Shown here piece after piece: positions 24,383 through 37,593 of a DNA stretch of 64,000 bases. The DNA is from Candidatus Wirthbacteria bacterium (lineage in GTDB: Bacteria > Patescibacteriota > CG2-30-54-11). A program made the translations under genes and the position numbers. Numbering within the stretch: the stretch's first letter is position 1; the number at the start of each line of letters is the position of its first letter. The notes under the pieces are model-generated. The model had not been told where the DNA came from, made no database searches, and was given only the letters and a program-made list of their open reading frames with translations. Location of the stretch: contig CAISZI010000005.1 in assembly GCA_903889905.1 (NCBI GenBank), positions 9,376-73,375 on the forward strand. Direction: 5' to 3'.

Positions 24383-24945
24383 CACAAAACATCAGCCCAA
24401 CTGATCAACGTTGGTTTTTGGCGCTGGCGCGACGTGCCATCGAGTCCAAATTGCTGCGGCAAAAATTCAGTCTCGACCCCAATACAGTTCCACCCGTTGG
24501 ACGTGCCAAACTGGCGTCATTTGTGACGCTGACCAGACAAGGGGAACTCCGCGGCTGTATTGGACACTTGCTTCCTGTCCAGGTATTGTGGCGGGATATC
24601 GTCGATAACAGTTGTTCCGCCGCTTTCGACGACCCGCGTTTTCAAACGTTGGAAATGTCTGAGCTGAAGGCAATCCAGATTGAAATTTCTGTTTTGAGTC
24701 AGCCAGAGTCATTGCATTGGGGAAGTATTCAAGAATTATTAAAGACATTGCAGGGAACGCAACCGGGTGTCATTCTATCATCCGGACGACAGTCGGCTAC
24801 ATTTTTGCCACAGGTCTGGGGCGAGCTACCGGACGCCATCGATTTTTTGACGCATTTAGCAGATAAGGCAGGTATTGGTTTGCCGTTTGATCCGTCTCAA
24901 ATCAATCTTCAAACTTACCAGGTCACGGCATTTACTGAGCCTTAA
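24379..24945 (+). CDS. amrA: AmmeMemoRadiSam system protein A (AMMECR1 domain)
   Basis: AMMECR1 signature LRGCIGHL. It overlaps amrB by 4 nt. Confidence 0.85.
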   Translation: MTQNISPTDQRWFLALARRAIESKLLRQKFSLDPNTVPPVGRAKLASFVTLTRQGELRGCIGHLLPVQVLWRDIVDNSCSAAFDDPRFQTLEMSELKAIQIEISVLSQPESLHWGSIQELLKTLQGTQPGVILSSGRQSATFLPQVWGELPDAIDFLTHLADKAGIGLPFDPSQINLQTYQVTAFTEP

Positions 24946-26653
24946 GACAGTCTTGTGGGGCTGGAATGGCTTTTTCAATCGTTGCAATAATGGCGTCAAA
25001 TGAAAAGTTGATACTACCCAGTACCGCCGTATTGAAATGGCTTTCACCAGCTAAGTGGAACCACGAGGGCTGAACTGGACTGGATTGGAAAATATCAGGC
25101 AGGGTTTTGAGCAAACTTTTTTTGGCACCCAGGGCAATGGCATAGGCCAGATGTTTTTCCCAATGCTCGGTAAGCGTTGCCGGCACTTCGTCAAAAGAGG
25201 CAAAATCGTTCAGGAAATGACGGTATGCTTGCAGCAAGCCAAGCATTTTACTTTTGTTCGGCAGACGTTTACGCAGCGCAGGGGTCAGGATCAGGGCGAT
25301 CAGAATCGTTGGCGAACCAAGCAAGATAAGTCCACCTGAGAGCAACCAGAGCCGCTGTTCACTGCGGCTGAATTCCATGTCAATAATGCGATGGGACGTT
25401 GCCGCAGACTTTACTTCGTCCTCGAAATGGTGATAAAGGGTTGTAAAAGTGGTCTGTTTGAAGTGAGTTGCAAGTTGATCCAGTGCGATTTTGTTGGCAT
25501 CCATCAGACCATCGGCGCTTTTGAACAAGAGCGCCAGCGTGGTTTTTTCAAAGTTGAGCAATTTATCGCTATGGTCAGCCAAATCCATGCGTTGCAGGTA
25601 AGTTTTGTACTTATGCGTTGAGCCCAGAATGCCGGAAGTGACTTGTTTCTCGATTTCCAGTTTGATGAAGCCGCGTCTGGCCAAATCAAAGATCGTCGCC
25701 GTGAGTGCATTGGGCGCGCAAAATAAGTCAGGTTCATAAAAGGCGCTGGTCAAAGCGGGGGACAGCATTTCGGGAGGTTGTTCGGCATAGGTCGGTGGCG
25801 AACGGAAATAATATTTTGACCGCAGTTTTAGCCGCAGTTGGAAATACAGCAGCAGCCAAACAATCAGCATGAGTGGCTGTGCAATGGCCAGGTAAATCAA
25901 GAGCAGTCGTGAAAGTTTGCTGTTATTTTCCTGCTGGGCTTTGGCGTTGGACTGATAGATGGTTTCAGTATGGATGAGGTCGGCTTTGACGCTTTTGTCG
26001 ATCAGCGCAGTATCGAGTAAATCACTGGGTAAAATGGTTTCGATATTGACTGCTGTTTTGGCTTGGAGTGCGCTGAGCGACAAATTCAGTGTTTGCGGGT
26101 CCGCAAGTGTTGACTGGATGTTGCTGGCTCTGGTATGGACGAACATTTCCCAGCTCCAGTCGCTGATTTGACGCGGCAGGTTGATCAGCACATGGAGATT
26201 GGCCTTGTCTGGCCAGGCACTGCTCACCAGTTCCAGGTCAGAAACCACGGCGTCACGGTAACGGAGGGCCGCATTGGTGACGTGATATGTCACGGTAAGC
26301 GCCGCAGAGCCAGCGGCAAAGGGCAGAAAACGGTAGTCAGCGTTTGGCAGCAACGGCGCGACAAAGGTTCCAGCTTGCATTTCCGTTTTGGCAGGAAACA
26401 GGGGATTGCCCAGAATCGCCAGCTGCACATCACTCAACACTTTGCCGTCCGCGACAGTCGGCAAATAATAGGTGTTGAAGCTGGACGTGTTGGCAAACTG
26501 ATAAGGCCGAGTTTCCACCACATCGACGCTGCCATCGATATTGAGGTTGACCTGAATTTCAACGGTGGCAGGCGAAGAGCTGGCTACAATCCGCGCGGGA
26601 AACAGCCAGAGCAGCAGGAAAGCTGGCAGCAGATACTTAAAAATTGGTTTCAT
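24932..26653 (-). CDS. membrane protein, DUF2207-like (signal peptide, large extracytoplasmic domain, 3 TM)
   Basis: 573 aa with the signal peptide MKPIFKYLLPAFLLLWLFPARIVA and a central/C-terminal TM cluster. It overlaps the amrA 3' end convergently by 14 nt. Confidence 0.7.
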   Translation of the reverse strand: MKPIFKYLLPAFLLLWLFPARIVASSSPATVEIQVNLNIDGSVDVVETRPYQFANTSSFNTYYLPTVADGKVLSDVQLAILGNPLFPAKTEMQAGTFVAPLLPNADYRFLPFAAGSAALTVTYHVTNAALRYRDAVVSDLELVSSAWPDKANLHVLINLPRQISDWSWEMFVHTRASNIQSTLADPQTLNLSLSALQAKTAVNIETILPSDLLDTALIDKSVKADLIHTETIYQSNAKAQQENNSKLSRLLLIYLAIAQPLMLIVWLLLYFQLRLKLRSKYYFRSPPTYAEQPPEMLSPALTSAFYEPDLFCAPNALTATIFDLARRGFIKLEIEKQVTSGILGSTHKYKTYLQRMDLADHSDKLLNFEKTTLALLFKSADGLMDANKIALDQLATHFKQTTFTTLYHHFEDEVKSAATSHRIIDMEFSRSEQRLWLLSGGLILLGSPTILIALILTPALRKRLPNKSKMLGLLQAYRHFLNDFASFDEVPATLTEHWEKHLAYAIALGAKKSLLKTLPDIFQSSPVQPSWFHLAGESHFNTAVLGSINFSFDAIIATIEKAIPAPQDCLKAQ

Positions 26654-26731
26654 GCAAAGTCCTGATTAACTTCTGACATTATAGTGACCAAACCGTCCGT
26701 TGTCATCCTTTCGCGCGAAAGGGTGCTTTTC

Positions 26732-26759
26732 TTGACAAATTTTTGAAAATTGGTATATT
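26732..26759 (+). promoter_or_regulatory. strong sigma-70-like promoter upstream of rpoB (TTGACA-16-TGgTATATT)
   Basis: ttgaca at 26732-37 and an extended -10 tggtatatt at 26751-59. It is preceded by the palindrome cctttcgcgcgaaagg (26707-26722). Confidence 0.5.
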
Positions 26760-26861
26760 GTTAATGTTCAAGTGGGTCTGAGATTTCGTGCTCATGTTTT
26801 TATAACTCACTTTTGGGCGGGTCTTGCGCCAATCTTTTGCGAAATAGGAATTTGGGCAAAA

Positions 26862-26904
26862 CTGGAGGAAAGCAGTGCTTTTCTCTCCAGTCTTTTTGTG
26901 TTTT
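26862..26904 (+). promoter_or_regulatory. hairpin + T-tract in rpoB leader (possible attenuator)
   Basis: ctggagg-N17-cctccag stem followed by tctttttgtgtttt, about 40 nt before the rpoB ATG. Confidence 0.4.
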
Positions 26905-26944
26905 CCAAAGCGAATACAATTAACCTACTTAAATAGGTAAGTGC

Positions 26945-29900
26945 ATGAAAGAGATTCCATCGAGTAAAACTGGGCGTGTCTTTTTCTCCAAGAATCCCGC
27001 TGCCATGGATTCACCCAGCCTGATTGAAATCCAACTGGATTCGTTCAACTGGTTCGTGAATGAAGGGTTGGCGGAATTATTTCAGGAAATTTCGCCGATC
27101 GAAGACTTTACCAGCAAAAATTACGAACTGCACTTTTTGAAACATTCCTTTGACCCTGCCAAAGTTTCGGTGGACGAAGCCAAAGAGCGCGGCCTTACTT
27201 ATGCCTGTCCGCTCAAACTCGATGTCCGCCTGGTCAATAAGCAGACCGGCGAGATCAAGGAACAGAACCTGTTCATGGGTGATATCCCCTGGATGACGGA
27301 ACGCGGTACCTTTGTCATCAACGGCGCAGAACGCGTCGTCGTCAGCCAGCTGATCCGTTCCCCGGGTATTTTCTTTTCGCTCAAGGAAGACCCCACGGTT
27401 GGCCGCATGCTGGCCTCGGCCAAAGTCATTCCCGATCGCGGCGCCTGGCTGGAATTTGAAACCAACCGTGGCGACGTGATCACCGTCAAAGTTGACCGCA
27501 AGCGTAAAATCATTGCCACCGCCTTGCTGCGTGCCATTGGTTTTGGCAAAAACGAGGAAATCCTGTCGCTGTTTGAAGATATTGATAATAATGCCGATCA
27601 CCAATTCATCCAATCCACTTTGGATAAGGATCCTTCCAGCAATTACGAAGAAGGTTTGATTGAAGTCTACCGCCGTTTGCGTCCTGGTGATCCTCCTACA
27701 GTAGAAGGTGCCAAACAATATCTCGACAATCTTTTCTTTAATTTCCGCCGCTATGACCTGGGCGATGTCGGTCGTTATAAAGTCGACCAGAAATTCAACC
27801 AGGAACTGCCAGTGGACGTCAAACACCGCGTGCTGCTTTCCAGTGACTTTATCAACATATTGCGCGAAATGGTGCAGATCAACAATGCCCAGCACAAAGC
27901 TGATGACATTGACCACCTCGGTAACCGCCGCGTTCGCCGCAATGGTGAATTGATCAAAAATCAGTTCCGCATCGGGCTGCTTCGCGTTGAACGTATCGTC
28001 AAGGAACGCATGAGCCTGATCGAACCCGAGAAAATCGCACCCAATTTGTTGATTAACGTCAAACCTGTGGTCGCGATCATGCGCGAGTTCTTTGGTTCCA
28101 GCCAACTTAGTCAGTTTATGGACCAGACCAACCCGCTCGCCGAACTCGCCCACAAACGACGCCTCTCAGCCATGGGACCAGGTGGACTGAGCCGCGAACG
28201 CGCGGGGTATGAGGTTCGTGACGTTCACCACAGCCATTACGGTCGTATCTGCCCAATTGAAACCCCCGAAGGCCCGAACATCGGCCTGATCGGTTCACTC
28301 GCCACCTATGCCAAAATCAATCGTTTTGGTTTTATTGAAACGCCTTACCGGCGTGTCGAGCGGTTTTTGGCCAATGATGGTAAAACCGCCATCGGCCGCA
28401 AAGCCGGTGAGGATCTGATTTTGCCAGGCACCAAAAAAGTGCTGGTCAAGAAAAGTGAAATCATTGACGAAGCGGCAGCCAAGAAACTGAAAGAACACGT
28501 CAAAGACGAGGGCTTTAAACAAGTGCGTGTCTTGCCCTTTATTTCCAAAGACGTTAAATATTTTGGCGCGCTTGAAGAAGAAAAACATATCATCGCACAG
28601 GCCAACATTCGGATCAATGAACTGGGTGAATTTGAAGACGAGATGGTGGAAGCCCGTAAAGGCAGCCAGTTTTTTGTCCATCCCGCGACCGGGATCGAAT
28701 TCATGGATGTGTCACCCAAGCAAATCGTTGGTATCACTTCAGCACTGATTCCCTTTTTGGAACACAACGATGCCAACCGTGCTCTGATGGGTGCCAACAT
28801 GCAACGCCAGGCTGTCCCATTGATCAAACCTCAGGCTCCGGCCGTGGGGACGGGCATGGAATTCAAAGCCGCCCTGGACTCCGGGCAGTTGTGCATCTGT
28901 GAAGCCGAAGGTGTCGTCATGGCAATCAAACACAGTGAAATACACGTCAAAGAAACCAAAAGTGGCAAAACCCGCGTTTATCAGATCGAGCGTTTCAAAC
29001 GTTCCAACCAGGGCACCTGTATCAATCAGCGCCTGCTGGTTTCGATTGGCGACAAGATCAAAAGCGGCCAACCCATGACCGACAGCTACACCACCCAGAA
29101 TGGCGAAATTGCCATGGGTCAGAACCTGCTCGTGGCGTTTATGCCTTGGGAAGGATACAACTTTGAAGACGCTATCGTGCTGAGTGAGAAATTGGTCCGG
29201 GATGATCGTTTTACTTCAGTCCACATCGAAAAGTTTGAAATTGAAGTCCGCGACACCAAACTTGGCGTCGAAGAAGTCACGCGTGACATCCCCAACGTTG
29301 GTGAAGAAAACCTGCGCAATCTCAATTCTGAAGGCATCATCCGCATTGGTGCCGAAGTTGGCCCAGGCGATATCCTGGTGGGAAAAATTACCCCCAAAGG
29401 TGAAACTGAACTCACCCCCGAGGAACGTCTGCTGCGAGCCATTTTTGGTGAAAAAATCCGCGAAGTCAAAGACACTTCGCTGCGTATTCCCCATGGTTAT
29501 CATGGCAAAGTCCTGGGAGTCAACGTACTGGACAAAAACGATGGTGATGAATTGGCACCGGGCGTGGTCAAAATTATCCACGTCTTTGTTGCCCAGTTGC
29601 GTCCGATCGTTGTCGGTGATAAACTCGCCGGTCGCCATGGCAATAAAGGCGTTATTTCCAAAATTTTGCCTCTTTCAGATTTGCCTCATTTGCAGGACGG
29701 AACCCCTGTTGATATCATTCTGACCCCCTTGGGAGTTCCTTCGCGTATGAACCTCGGGCAGGTATTCGAAACCCATTTGGGTTGGGTTGCACTGCAGAAA
29801 AAAATCCGCATTGCCTCGCCGGTTTTTGATGGTGTCAAAGAATCTCAGCTGGAAGAGTTGCTCAAAGAAGAAGGCATGCCCGTTGATGGCAAAACAACGC

Positions 29901-30529
29901 TGATCGACGGTCGTTCTGGAATGCCATTCAAGAATAAAGTGGTGGTCGGTTGTATCTACATGATGAAGCTGCATCACCTCGCTGAAGACAAGATTCACGC
30001 CCGTTCGGTTGGGCCCTATTCGTTGGTGACGCAACAGCCTTTGGGCGGTAAAGCTCAGTTTGGTGGTCAGCGCTTTGGTGAAATGGAAGTGTGGGCACTT
30101 GAGGCTTATGGTGCTGCCCACATGCTGCAGGAAATGCTGACCATCAAATCAGACGACGTGAGTGGTCGTATTCGCGCCTATGAAGCGATCATCAAGGGCG
30201 AAGAAATTGATAAAACTGGCGTTCCCGAATCCTTTGGCGTGCTGGTCAAGGAACTGCAGGGCATTGGCCTCAATATTGAACTCAAGAACCTGGCCACAGG
30301 CCAGCTCATTTCTCCTGATGAAGTGATTGAAGAAGCGTTGGAACAGGAACTCAACAAAGAAACCGGGTACCAGCTTGATGATCCGGCGTTACTTGCCATC
30401 CCACCTGTCGTGGTTATGCCTGGCGCTGACGATGACGGCGGCACGTTCAATGACATGGAACTGACGGAAGATGAAATGAAACTGGATGAGTTCGAAGTCG
30501 GAGATGATAGTGTGCCGGGGGACAATTAA
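26945..30529 (+). CDS. rpoB: DNA-directed RNA polymerase beta subunit
   Basis: 1194 aa with full-length RpoB conservation. Confidence 0.98.
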   Translation: MKEIPSSKTGRVFFSKNPAAMDSPSLIEIQLDSFNWFVNEGLAELFQEISPIEDFTSKNYELHFLKHSFDPAKVSVDEAKERGLTYACPLKLDVRLVNKQTGEIKEQNLFMGDIPWMTERGTFVINGAERVVVSQLIRSPGIFFSLKEDPTVGRMLASAKVIPDRGAWLEFETNRGDVITVKVDRKRKIIATALLRAIGFGKNEEILSLFEDIDNNADHQFIQSTLDKDPSSNYEEGLIEVYRRLRPGDPPTVEGAKQYLDNLFFNFRRYDLGDVGRYKVDQKFNQELPVDVKHRVLLSSDFINILREMVQINNAQHKADDIDHLGNRRVRRNGELIKNQFRIGLLRVERIVKERMSLIEPEKIAPNLLINVKPVVAIMREFFGSSQLSQFMDQTNPLAELAHKRRLSAMGPGGLSRERAGYEVRDVHHSHYGRICPIETPEGPNIGLIGSLATYAKINRFGFIETPYRRVERFLANDGKTAIGRKAGEDLILPGTKKVLVKKSEIIDEAAAKKLKEHVKDEGFKQVRVLPFISKDVKYFGALEEEKHIIAQANIRINELGEFEDEMVEARKGSQFFVHPATGIEFMDVSPKQIVGITSALIPFLEHNDANRALMGANMQRQAVPLIKPQAPAVGTGMEFKAALDSGQLCICEAEGVVMAIKHSEIHVKETKSGKTRVYQIERFKRSNQGTCINQRLLVSIGDKIKSGQPMTDSYTTQNGEIAMGQNLLVAFMPWEGYNFEDAIVLSEKLVRDDRFTSVHIEKFEIEVRDTKLGVEEVTRDIPNVGEENLRNLNSEGIIRIGAEVGPGDILVGKITPKGETELTPEERLLRAIFGEKIREVKDTSLRIPHGYHGKVLGVNVLDKNDGDELAPGVVKIIHVFVAQLRPIVVGDKLAGRHGNKGVISKILPLSDLPHLQDGTPVDIILTPLGVPSRMNLGQVFETHLGWVALQKKIRIASPVFDGVKESQLEELLKEEGMPVDGKTTLIDGRSGMPFKNKVVVGCIYMMKLHHLAEDKIHARSVGPYSLVTQQPLGGKAQFGGQRFGEMEVWALEAYGAAHMLQEMLTIKSDDVSGRIRAYEAIIKGEEIDKTGVPESFGVLVKELQGIGLNIELKNLATGQLISPDEVIEEALEQELNKETGYQLDDPALLAIPPVVVMPGADDDGGTFNDMELTEDEMKLDEFEVGDDSVPGDN

Positions 30530-30560
30530 CTAACTTCGCTTACCTCAGGAGGACAATAAA

Positions 30561-33500
30561 TTGATTACCAACACTGATTTTGATGCCATCCGTATCTCGC
30601 TCGCGAGTCCCGATATGATCCGCGAATGGTCCTATGGCGAAGTCACCAAGCCCGAAACGATCAATTACCGCACCCAAAAACCCGAACGCGGGGGACTGTT
30701 CTGCGAAAAAATCTTCGGCCCGGTCAAGGACTGGGAATGTTCCTGCGGAAAATACAAGAAAGTCCGTTACAAAGGTATCATCTGCGACAAATGCGGTGTG
30801 GAAGTGACGCGTGCCATTGTTCGTCGCGAACGTATGGGCCACATTGAACTTGCCTCTCCGGTGGTACACGTCTGGTTTGTCCGTGGAACGCCCAATTATT
30901 TGGCTTTGTTACTCGATGTGACGCCGCGCAAGCTGGAAAAAGTCATCTACTACGCCCAGTACATGGTGACCGCCATCAACGAACAAAAGCGCAAAAAAGA
31001 ACTTGAAAACCTTGATCAGGAAGCGGCGAAAGTGCATGAAGTAGTCGTCGCCGGCCTGGTAGAACTGCAAAAAAACGTTGATGTCGAATTTGCAGCTGAA
31101 CTGGAGAAACTCGATGCCACGCTTGAGGCGCGCCTCGCAGAGCCCGACCTTGCTGCCAGTGACAAGAAAGCCATCACCTCTGAAATCAACAGCAAACGCC
31201 AGGAATTGGAACGGGCTTATCAGCAGCGTTCCAAAAAAATGAAACGTGAAGCTGACAAGGACGAAAAAGAAAAAACCCGTGACATCAATGCCGAAAAGGC
31301 CAAAGTTGAAAGCCTGCAGATCCTCAGCACTTTCAGCGAACTGCAGTATTATCAGATGAAAGAAGACTTTGGCGAATTGTTTGATGCCCATATGGGCGCC
31401 GAAGCTGTGCTGAAGGTGATCGACAAAATTGACCTGCGGGAAGCCCAGAAAGAACTGCGTTCTTCGATGAAAACGACCGGCAGCAAACAAAAGAAGAAAA
31501 AAGCCGTCAAACGTCTGCGCATCATTGACGCCGTGCTGGTGTCTGGCAACGAGCCTTCGTGGATGATCATGAAGTCTTTGCCTGTGATCCCACCCGATCT
31601 GCGCCCCATGGTGCAACTCGATGGCGGCCGCTTTGCCGCTTCCGACCTGAACGACCTTTATCGCCGTGTCATTAACCGTAACAACCGACTCAAAAGACTG
31701 ATGGAACTTGGTGCTCCTGAAGTCATCATGCGCAACGAAAAACGCATGCTCCAGGAAGCTGTCGATGCCCTGATTGACAACAGTTCTCATGGCGAACGCG
31801 TCATCAGCCGCCGCAACCGTAAACTCAAATCCCTCAGCGACATCCTCAAAGGCAAACAAGGCCGTTTCCGCCAGAACCTGCTGGGCAAACGTGTCGATTA
31901 TTCCGGCCGTTCCGTTATCGTGGTTGGCCCATCGCTCCGACTCCATCAATGCGGCCTGCCCAAGAAAATGGCATTGGAGCTTTTCCGCCCCTTTATCCTG
32001 CGTGAACTGCTGGCCCGTGACTTTGTCCACACCATTAAAGCGGCAAACCGCATGATCGAACGTATGCAGCCAGAAGTCTGGGATGTCTTGGACGACATTA
32101 TCAAAGGCTACCCAGTGCTCCTGAACCGTGCGCCTACTTTGCACCGTCTGGGTATCCAGGCCTTCTTCCCAGTGCTGGTCGAAGGTGATGCCATTCAACT
32201 GCATCCACTTGTTTGTACTGCCTTTAACGCTGACTTCGATGGTGACCAGATGGCAGTCCATGTGCCGCTTAGCGCCGCCGCCAAATCTGAAGCCGAACGC
32301 CTGATGCTCTCTGCCCACAACTTGCTTCTACCTGCGAGTGGGAAAGCCGCTGTCGGCCCAACACGTGATATGCTGCTGGGTTGCTATTACATGACATTGA
32401 TCCTCGAGGGTGCCAATGGCACTGGTAAGTACTTCTCCTCACCCGAAGATTCCGTCATGGCGCAGGACATTGAAGCGATTGAACTGAATGCATTGGTTAA
32501 AATCCGCTTTGCCGTCGGGGAAAAGCCTGTTGAGACTTCTGTTGGCCGTATCCTCTTCAATCGTATTGTTCCCGTTGAATTCGGTTACCAAAACGATGTC
32601 ATGAACAAAAAAGCCTTGGGTAAATTGATTGAACGCTGCTATGAACAACTCGGCATTGCTCGTACCGCCAAACTTGTGGATGATATCAAGGATATCGGTT
32701 TTCACTACGCCACCGTTGCAGCAGCCACCATTTCCGTCAACGACATCCACATTCCCAAAGACAAAGCCGCCATCCTGGTCCAGGCTGACAAAAAAGCCGA
32801 GCTGATCAAAGATCAGTACGAAAATGGTCTGATCACCGAATCCGAATCCCGTGAACACACTGTCAACCTCTGGATCCGCACCACCGATGAAATTACCGAA
32901 GCCATGATGAAGCAAATGGATCCCACCAGTTCACTTTCGATGATGATCAATTCCGGCGCCAGAGGTAATATCGAACAAATGCGTCAGATGGCTGGCATGC
33001 GCGGACTGATGGCCGACCCTTCTGGCCGTATCATCGAACTCCCGATCAAATCCAACTTCAAAGAAGGTTTGACCGTTCTTGAATATTTCATCTCCACCCA
33101 CGGTGCCCGTAAAGGTCGTGCCGATACTGCACTGCGCACAGCTGACTCCGGTTACCTGACACGCCGCATGGTGGACGTGGCCCAAAACGTCATCATCTAC
33201 CAGGAAGACTGCGGTACCCCCAATAGTCTTGACGTCATCATCAAACACGATTCCAGCGGCAAAGACCCATTTATGGAAAAAGTCGTTGGACGAATGGCCG
33301 GAGATCGCGTGGTTGATCCTGGAAGTGGGGAAGTGATCGTTAAGCGCAATGAAGAAATTACAGAACCCCTTGCGACACGTATTTTTAAGTCAACGATAGA
33401 GAAAATTCAGGTGCGTTCGGTGCTGCATTGCCGTTCCCACTTTGGTCTGTGTAAAATGTGCTACGGACGCGACCTGGGGCGTGGACAGCCTGTCGAAATT

Positions 33501-34493
33501 GGCGAACCAGTAGGGATTGTGGCTGCTCAGGCTATTGGTGAACCTGGCACACAGCTGACGATGCGTACCTTCCATGCTGGTGGTGTCGCCGGTGGACTGG
33601 ATATCACCCAAGGTCTGCCACGTGTCGAAGAACTTTTTGAAGCCCGCACTCCTAAAGGTGAAGCACCGATTGCCGAAATTGGTGGCGTCGCCGAAGTCCG
33701 TTACGATGGCAATTTACGTAAAATTGATGTCACCGCCGTGGATTTTGCGCAGGAAGACTATCCGATTGAAGAAGGTGTCGAAGCCGTTGTTCAGGACAAG
33801 GACCAGGTTAAAGTCAAAGACGCCATCCTCAAAAAGGGCAACAAGAAAATCTTTGCCAAAATTGCCGGCCGTGTCAAATTGACCAAAAAACATATCACCA
33901 TCGTGGCTGAAGAAAAAGACGTCCGCACTTACATCATTGCGCGCAATGCTCGTCTCAAGATCGAAAGCGGTCAGCTCGTGCATGCCGGTCAGCAACTGAT
34001 CGAAGGCTCCATCAACCTCAAACAACTCCTGGAGGTTTGCGACGTCGAAGCCACCCAGAACTATCTGGTCGAAGAAGTCCAGAAAATCTACCGTTCCCAG
34101 GGTGTGAGCACCAACGACAAACATATCGAAATCATCGTCCGCCGCATGCTTTCCCGCGTCAAAGTGATTGAAGCAGGAGACAGTGATTTCCTGCCCGGAG
34201 ACCTCGTCAACCGCTTCAAATACGACAAAATCCGTGCCGACATCATGGCCAAAAACGGCCGTCCACCGATTGCCAAAGCCGTTATCCTGGGTATCACCAA
34301 AGCTGCCCTCAATTCCGGTTCTTTCCTCTCAGCCGCATCTTTCCAGGAAACCATCCGCGTACTGACCAAAGCCTCCCTCTATGGCATGGAAGATCGCCTG
34401 GTTGGACTCAAGGAAAACCTGATCATCGGTAAATTGATTCCCGCCGGTCCATACTCCCGTGGCAGCCTTGAAGTCAAAACGACTGCCCTTTAG
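30561..34493 (+). CDS. rpoC: DNA-directed RNA polymerase beta' subunit (TTG start)
   Basis: 1310 aa with the zinc motif [21 protein letters not shown] and the NADFDGD active site. AGGAGG lies 8 nt upstream of the TTG. Confidence 0.98.
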   Translation: MITNTDFDAIRISLASPDMIREWSYGEVTKPETINYRTQKPERGGLFCEKIFGPVKDWECSCGKYKKVRYKGIICDKCGVEVTRAIVRRERMGHIELASPVVHVWFVRGTPNYLALLLDVTPRKLEKVIYYAQYMVTAINEQKRKKELENLDQEAAKVHEVVVAGLVELQKNVDVEFAAELEKLDATLEARLAEPDLAASDKKAITSEINSKRQELERAYQQRSKKMKREADKDEKEKTRDINAEKAKVESLQILSTFSELQYYQMKEDFGELFDAHMGAEAVLKVIDKIDLREAQKELRSSMKTTGSKQKKKKAVKRLRIIDAVLVSGNEPSWMIMKSLPVIPPDLRPMVQLDGGRFAASDLNDLYRRVINRNNRLKRLMELGAPEVIMRNEKRMLQEAVDALIDNSSHGERVISRRNRKLKSLSDILKGKQGRFRQNLLGKRVDYSGRSVIVVGPSLRLHQCGLPKKMALELFRPFILRELLARDFVHTIKAANRMIERMQPEVWDVLDDIIKGYPVLLNRAPTLHRLGIQAFFPVLVEGDAIQLHPLVCTAFNADFDGDQMAVHVPLSAAAKSEAERLMLSAHNLLLPASGKAAVGPTRDMLLGCYYMTLILEGANGTGKYFSSPEDSVMAQDIEAIELNALVKIRFAVGEKPVETSVGRILFNRIVPVEFGYQNDVMNKKALGKLIERCYEQLGIARTAKLVDDIKDIGFHYATVAAATISVNDIHIPKDKAAILVQADKKAELIKDQYENGLITESESREHTVNLWIRTTDEITEAMMKQMDPTSSLSMMINSGARGNIEQMRQMAGMRGLMADPSGRIIELPIKSNFKEGLTVLEYFISTHGARKGRADTALRTADSGYLTRRMVDVAQNVIIYQEDCGTPNSLDVIIKHDSSGKDPFMEKVVGRMAGDRVVDPGSGEVIVKRNEEITEPLATRIFKSTIEKIQVRSVLHCRSHFGLCKMCYGRDLGRGQPVEIGEPVGIVAAQAIGEPGTQLTMRTFHAGGVAGGLDITQGLPRVEELFEARTPKGEAPIAEIGGVAEVRYDGNLRKIDVTAVDFAQEDYPIEEGVEAVVQDKDQVKVKDAILKKGNKKIFAKIAGRVKLTKKHITIVAEEKDVRTYIIARNARLKIESGQLVHAGQQLIEGSINLKQLLEVCDVEATQNYLVEEVQKIYRSQGVSTNDKHIEIIVRRMLSRVKVIEAGDSDFLPGDLVNRFKYDKIRADIMAKNGRPPIAKAVILGITKAALNSGSFLSAASFQETIRVLTKASLYGMEDRLVGLKENLIIGKLIPAGPYSRGSLEVKTTAL

Positions 34494-34526
34494 TTTACCC
34501 AGATAGTGAGATTATTGGCCAAAAGA

Positions 34527-34556
34527 TTGACAGTTTTCGCTATCTGATGTTATAGT
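34527..34556 (+). promoter_or_regulatory. promoter for rpsL-rpsG-fusA (TTGACA / TGtTATAGT)
   Basis: Consensus -35 box plus an extended -10, located in the rpoC-rpsL spacer. Confidence 0.45.
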
Positions 34557-34586
34557 TTCCGACGTTGCATTATTGGAGGAAAATCA

Positions 34587-35000
34587 TTGCCTACTATCAG
34601 CCAACTTATCAAAAAACCACGCCGCAAACCAGCCAAAAAAGACCGTACGCCGGCCCTGGCTTCGATCCTGACCAAAGATCAGCGCCCCAGCCCACTGGAA
34701 TCGCCATTCAAACGAGGCGTTTGCACCCAGGTCAAGATCATGACCCCCAAAAAGCCAAACTCGGCCCTGCGTAAAATTGCCCGTGTCCGCCTGAGCAATG
34801 GCATGGAAGTGACTGCCTATATTCCCGGTGAAGGCCACAACCTTCAGGAACACTCCATTGTTATGATCCGCGGCGGTAAAGTCCGTGATTTGCCCGGTGT
34901 TCGTTATCATATCGTCCGTGGCATTCTCGATACAGATGGTGTCAAAGACCGCAAACAAGGTCGATCCCGTTATGGTGCTAAAGCACCCTCCAAGAGTTAA
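34587..35000 (+). CDS. rpsL: 30S ribosomal protein S12 (TTG start)
   Basis: [15 protein letters not shown]... is an S12 N-terminus. Confidence 0.95.
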   Translation: MPTISQLIKKPRRKPAKKDRTPALASILTKDQRPSPLESPFKRGVCTQVKIMTPKKPNSALRKIARVRLSNGMEVTAYIPGEGHNLQEHSIVMIRGGKVRDLPGVRYHIVRGILDTDGVKDRKQGRSRYGAKAPSKS

Positions 35001-35020
35001 TTAGTTTAAATAGGTCAACA

Positions 35021-35494
35021 ATGCCCAGAAGAACGAAAAATTTCCTGGTTCGCGATTTTCTTGATCCTCGCTTCAAAAACGCGGATATCGGCAAACTGGT
35101 CAACAAGCTAATGATCAGTGGCAAAAAAGAAATGGCCCTCAGTGCCATTTATGATGCCCTTGATATGGCTGCCGAAAAGCTCAAAAAAGAACCCATTGAT
35201 ATCTTCAACACCATGCTCGAAAATATCATGCCTGTAGTCGAAGTCAAAGCACGTCGGATTGGTGGTGCGAATTATCAGGTTCCGACCGAAATCAAACCGC
35301 GCCGTCGCCTTTCCTTGGCCTACAAGTGGCTGATTACGATTTCCCGCGCCCGCCCTGGCAAACCTATGGCCGAGAAACTGGCGCTCGAGATTATTGACGC
35401 CTATAACAACACTGGATCCGTGGTCAAGAAAAAAGAAGAAACGCACAAAATGGCCGACGCCAACAAGGCACTCGCTCACTTTAGCAAATTTTAA
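35021..35494 (+). CDS. rpsG: 30S ribosomal protein S7
   Basis: 157 aa with S7 conservation. Confidence 0.95.
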   Translation: MPRRTKNFLVRDFLDPRFKNADIGKLVNKLMISGKKEMALSAIYDALDMAAEKLKKEPIDIFNTMLENIMPVVEVKARRIGGANYQVPTEIKPRRRLSLAYKWLITISRARPGKPMAEKLALEIIDAYNNTGSVVKKKEETHKMADANKALAHFSKF

Positions 35495-35511
35495 GCCAAA
35501 GGCCCTGCTTT

Positions 35512-37593
35512 ATGGATAAACACTACGCCCTGGACAAAGTCCGTAATATCGGCATTATCGCCCATATCGATGCGGGTAAAACTACAACCTCGGAACGGGT
35601 ACTTTTCTACACGGGTAAAACCTATAAAATCGGTGAAGTGCACGATGGCGCCGCGGTTATGGACTGGATGGAACAGGAACGTGAACGCGGCATTACAATC
35701 ACCTCCGCTGCCACCACCTGTTTCTGGCAGGATTGTCGTATCAATCTGATCGACACCCCCGGACATGTTGACTTTACTGCTGAAGTGGAACGCAGCCTGC
35801 GTGTCCTTGATGGTGGGGTAGTGGTCTTTGATGGTGTTTCCGGTGTTGAACCTCAGTCCGAGACTGTCTGGCATCAGGCTACCAAGTATCATGTACCCCG
35901 TATTTGCTTCATCAACAAGATGGACCGTATGGGCGCCAATTTCTATGCCGACGTCGACCAGATCAAAGAACGCCTGGGTGCCAATGCTATCTGCCTGCAA
36001 CTGCCAATTGGTGCGGAAGACAACTTCAAAGGCATGATTGATCTGATCAAAATGAAAGCCATGGTCTACGAAGACGACATGGGTAAAGTAATCAACGAAG
36101 TCGAGATTCCAGCTGACATGGTTGATAAATCCAAAAAACATCGTGAAATCATGCTCGAAGCCGCAGCTGAGCAAGAAGATTCCTTGATGGAAAAATACCT
36201 CAGCGGCGCTGAACTCACAATTGAAGAAATTCATCGTGGCCTGCGCAAAGGTACCATTGCCAACCTGATTGTTCCCGTTCTTTGTGGTTCCTCGCTCAAA
36301 AACAAAGGCGTGCAACAACTTCTGGATGCCGTTGTTTTGTATTTGCCTTCACCTGTTGATGTGCCCCCAGTGGTTGCACACAATATCAAAACGGGCGAAC
36401 CCGTTGAACGTGATGCCAATGATAATGCACCTTTCTCGGCTCTGGCGTTCAAAATTTTTACTGACCCTTTTGTTGGCAAATTGACCTATATCCGTATTTA
36501 TTCCGGCAAATTGACCTCTGGTTCTTATGTTTACAACGCCACCAAGGACGAACGCGAGCGTGTCAGCCGCATGGTGTTAATGCATGCCAACCACCGCGAG
36601 GAAATCGCCGAAATGGGTGCTGGTAACATCTGCGCGCTCGTGGGCCTCAAACAAACCCGCACTGGCGACACCCTCTGTGACGACAAAAATCCCTGCCTGC
36701 TCGAAAATATCGTTTTCCCCGTTCCGGTCATTGATCTCGCAGTTGAACCTAAAACCAAAGCTGACCAGGAAAAAATGGCCATTGGTTTGCAGAAATTGGC
36801 TGAAGAAGATCCTACCTTCAAAGTCAAAACTGACCATGACACTGGGCAGACAATTCTCTCTGGTATGGGGGAACTTCATCTCGATATCCTGATCGACCGC
36901 ATGCGCCGTGAATTCAAAGTGGAAGCCAATGTCGGCAAACCACAAGTCGCCTACAAAGAAGCTTTCCGCAAATCCGCGATGGACGTCGAAGGCAAATTCA
37001 TCAAGCAGTCTGGTGGTAAAGGCCAGTACGGACACGTGGTCATCAACCTCGAACCGCTCGAAGGCCACAAGGGCTTTGAATTTGTCAACAAAATCGTTGG
37101 TGGTATAATTCCCCGTGAATTTATCCCGGGTATTGAAAAAGGCTGCCGTGAGGCCGCCGCCACTGGTGTTGTTGCTGGCTATCCTCTCGAAGGCGCCAAA
37201 GTTACTTTGTTCGATGGTTCCTTTCATGATGTTGACTCCTCCGAAGTTGCCTTCCAGATTGCTGGTTCCATGGCTTTCAAAGAAGCGGTCCGCCGTGCCG
37301 ACCCCTGCCTGCTGGAACCGATCATGAAAGTGGAAGTTGTCACACCCGAAGATTTCCTGGGCGATGTCATTGGCGACCTCAACAGCCGTCGTGGCCAGGT
37401 CATGGGTACTGACACGCGTGGAACCATGCAGGTTATTCGTGGCAATGTGCCCTTAAGCGAAATGTTTGGCTATGCCACTCAACTTCGTTCCATGAGCCAG
37501 GGACGTGCTTCCTTTACCATGGAATTTGATCGTTACGAAGAATTGCCTTCTCATATTTCAACCGAAATCATTGCCAAACGTAAGGTTAATTAA
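35512..37593 (+). CDS. fusA: elongation factor G
   Basis: 693 aa with the G-domain motifs AHIDAGKTT and DTPGHVDF. Confidence 0.97.
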   Translation: MDKHYALDKVRNIGIIAHIDAGKTTTSERVLFYTGKTYKIGEVHDGAAVMDWMEQERERGITITSAATTCFWQDCRINLIDTPGHVDFTAEVERSLRVLDGGVVVFDGVSGVEPQSETVWHQATKYHVPRICFINKMDRMGANFYADVDQIKERLGANAICLQLPIGAEDNFKGMIDLIKMKAMVYEDDMGKVINEVEIPADMVDKSKKHREIMLEAAAEQEDSLMEKYLSGAELTIEEIHRGLRKGTIANLIVPVLCGSSLKNKGVQQLLDAVVLYLPSPVDVPPVVAHNIKTGEPVERDANDNAPFSALAFKIFTDPFVGKLTYIRIYSGKLTSGSYVYNATKDERERVSRMVLMHANHREEIAEMGAGNICALVGLKQTRTGDTLCDDKNPCLLENIVFPVPVIDLAVEPKTKADQEKMAIGLQKLAEEDPTFKVKTDHDTGQTILSGMGELHLDILIDRMRREFKVEANVGKPQVAYKEAFRKSAMDVEGKFIKQSGGKGQYGHVVINLEPLEGHKGFEFVNKIVGGIIPREFIPGIEKGCREAAATGVVAGYPLEGAKVTLFDGSFHDVDSSEVAFQIAGSMAFKEAVRRADPCLLEPIMKVEVVTPEDFLGDVIGDLNSRRGQVMGTDTRGTMQVIRGNVPLSEMFGYATQLRSMSQGRASFTMEFDRYEELPSHISTEIIAKRKVN

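Noticed and set aside
27077-28153. 358-aa antisense ORF inside rpoB (and similar long antisense ORFs at 30909..32318 in rpoC, 9694..10812 in atpA, 35491..36318 and 36577..37227 in fusA)
   Set aside because: These lie opposite highly conserved genes. Shadow ORFs are common there, and they show no homology signals.
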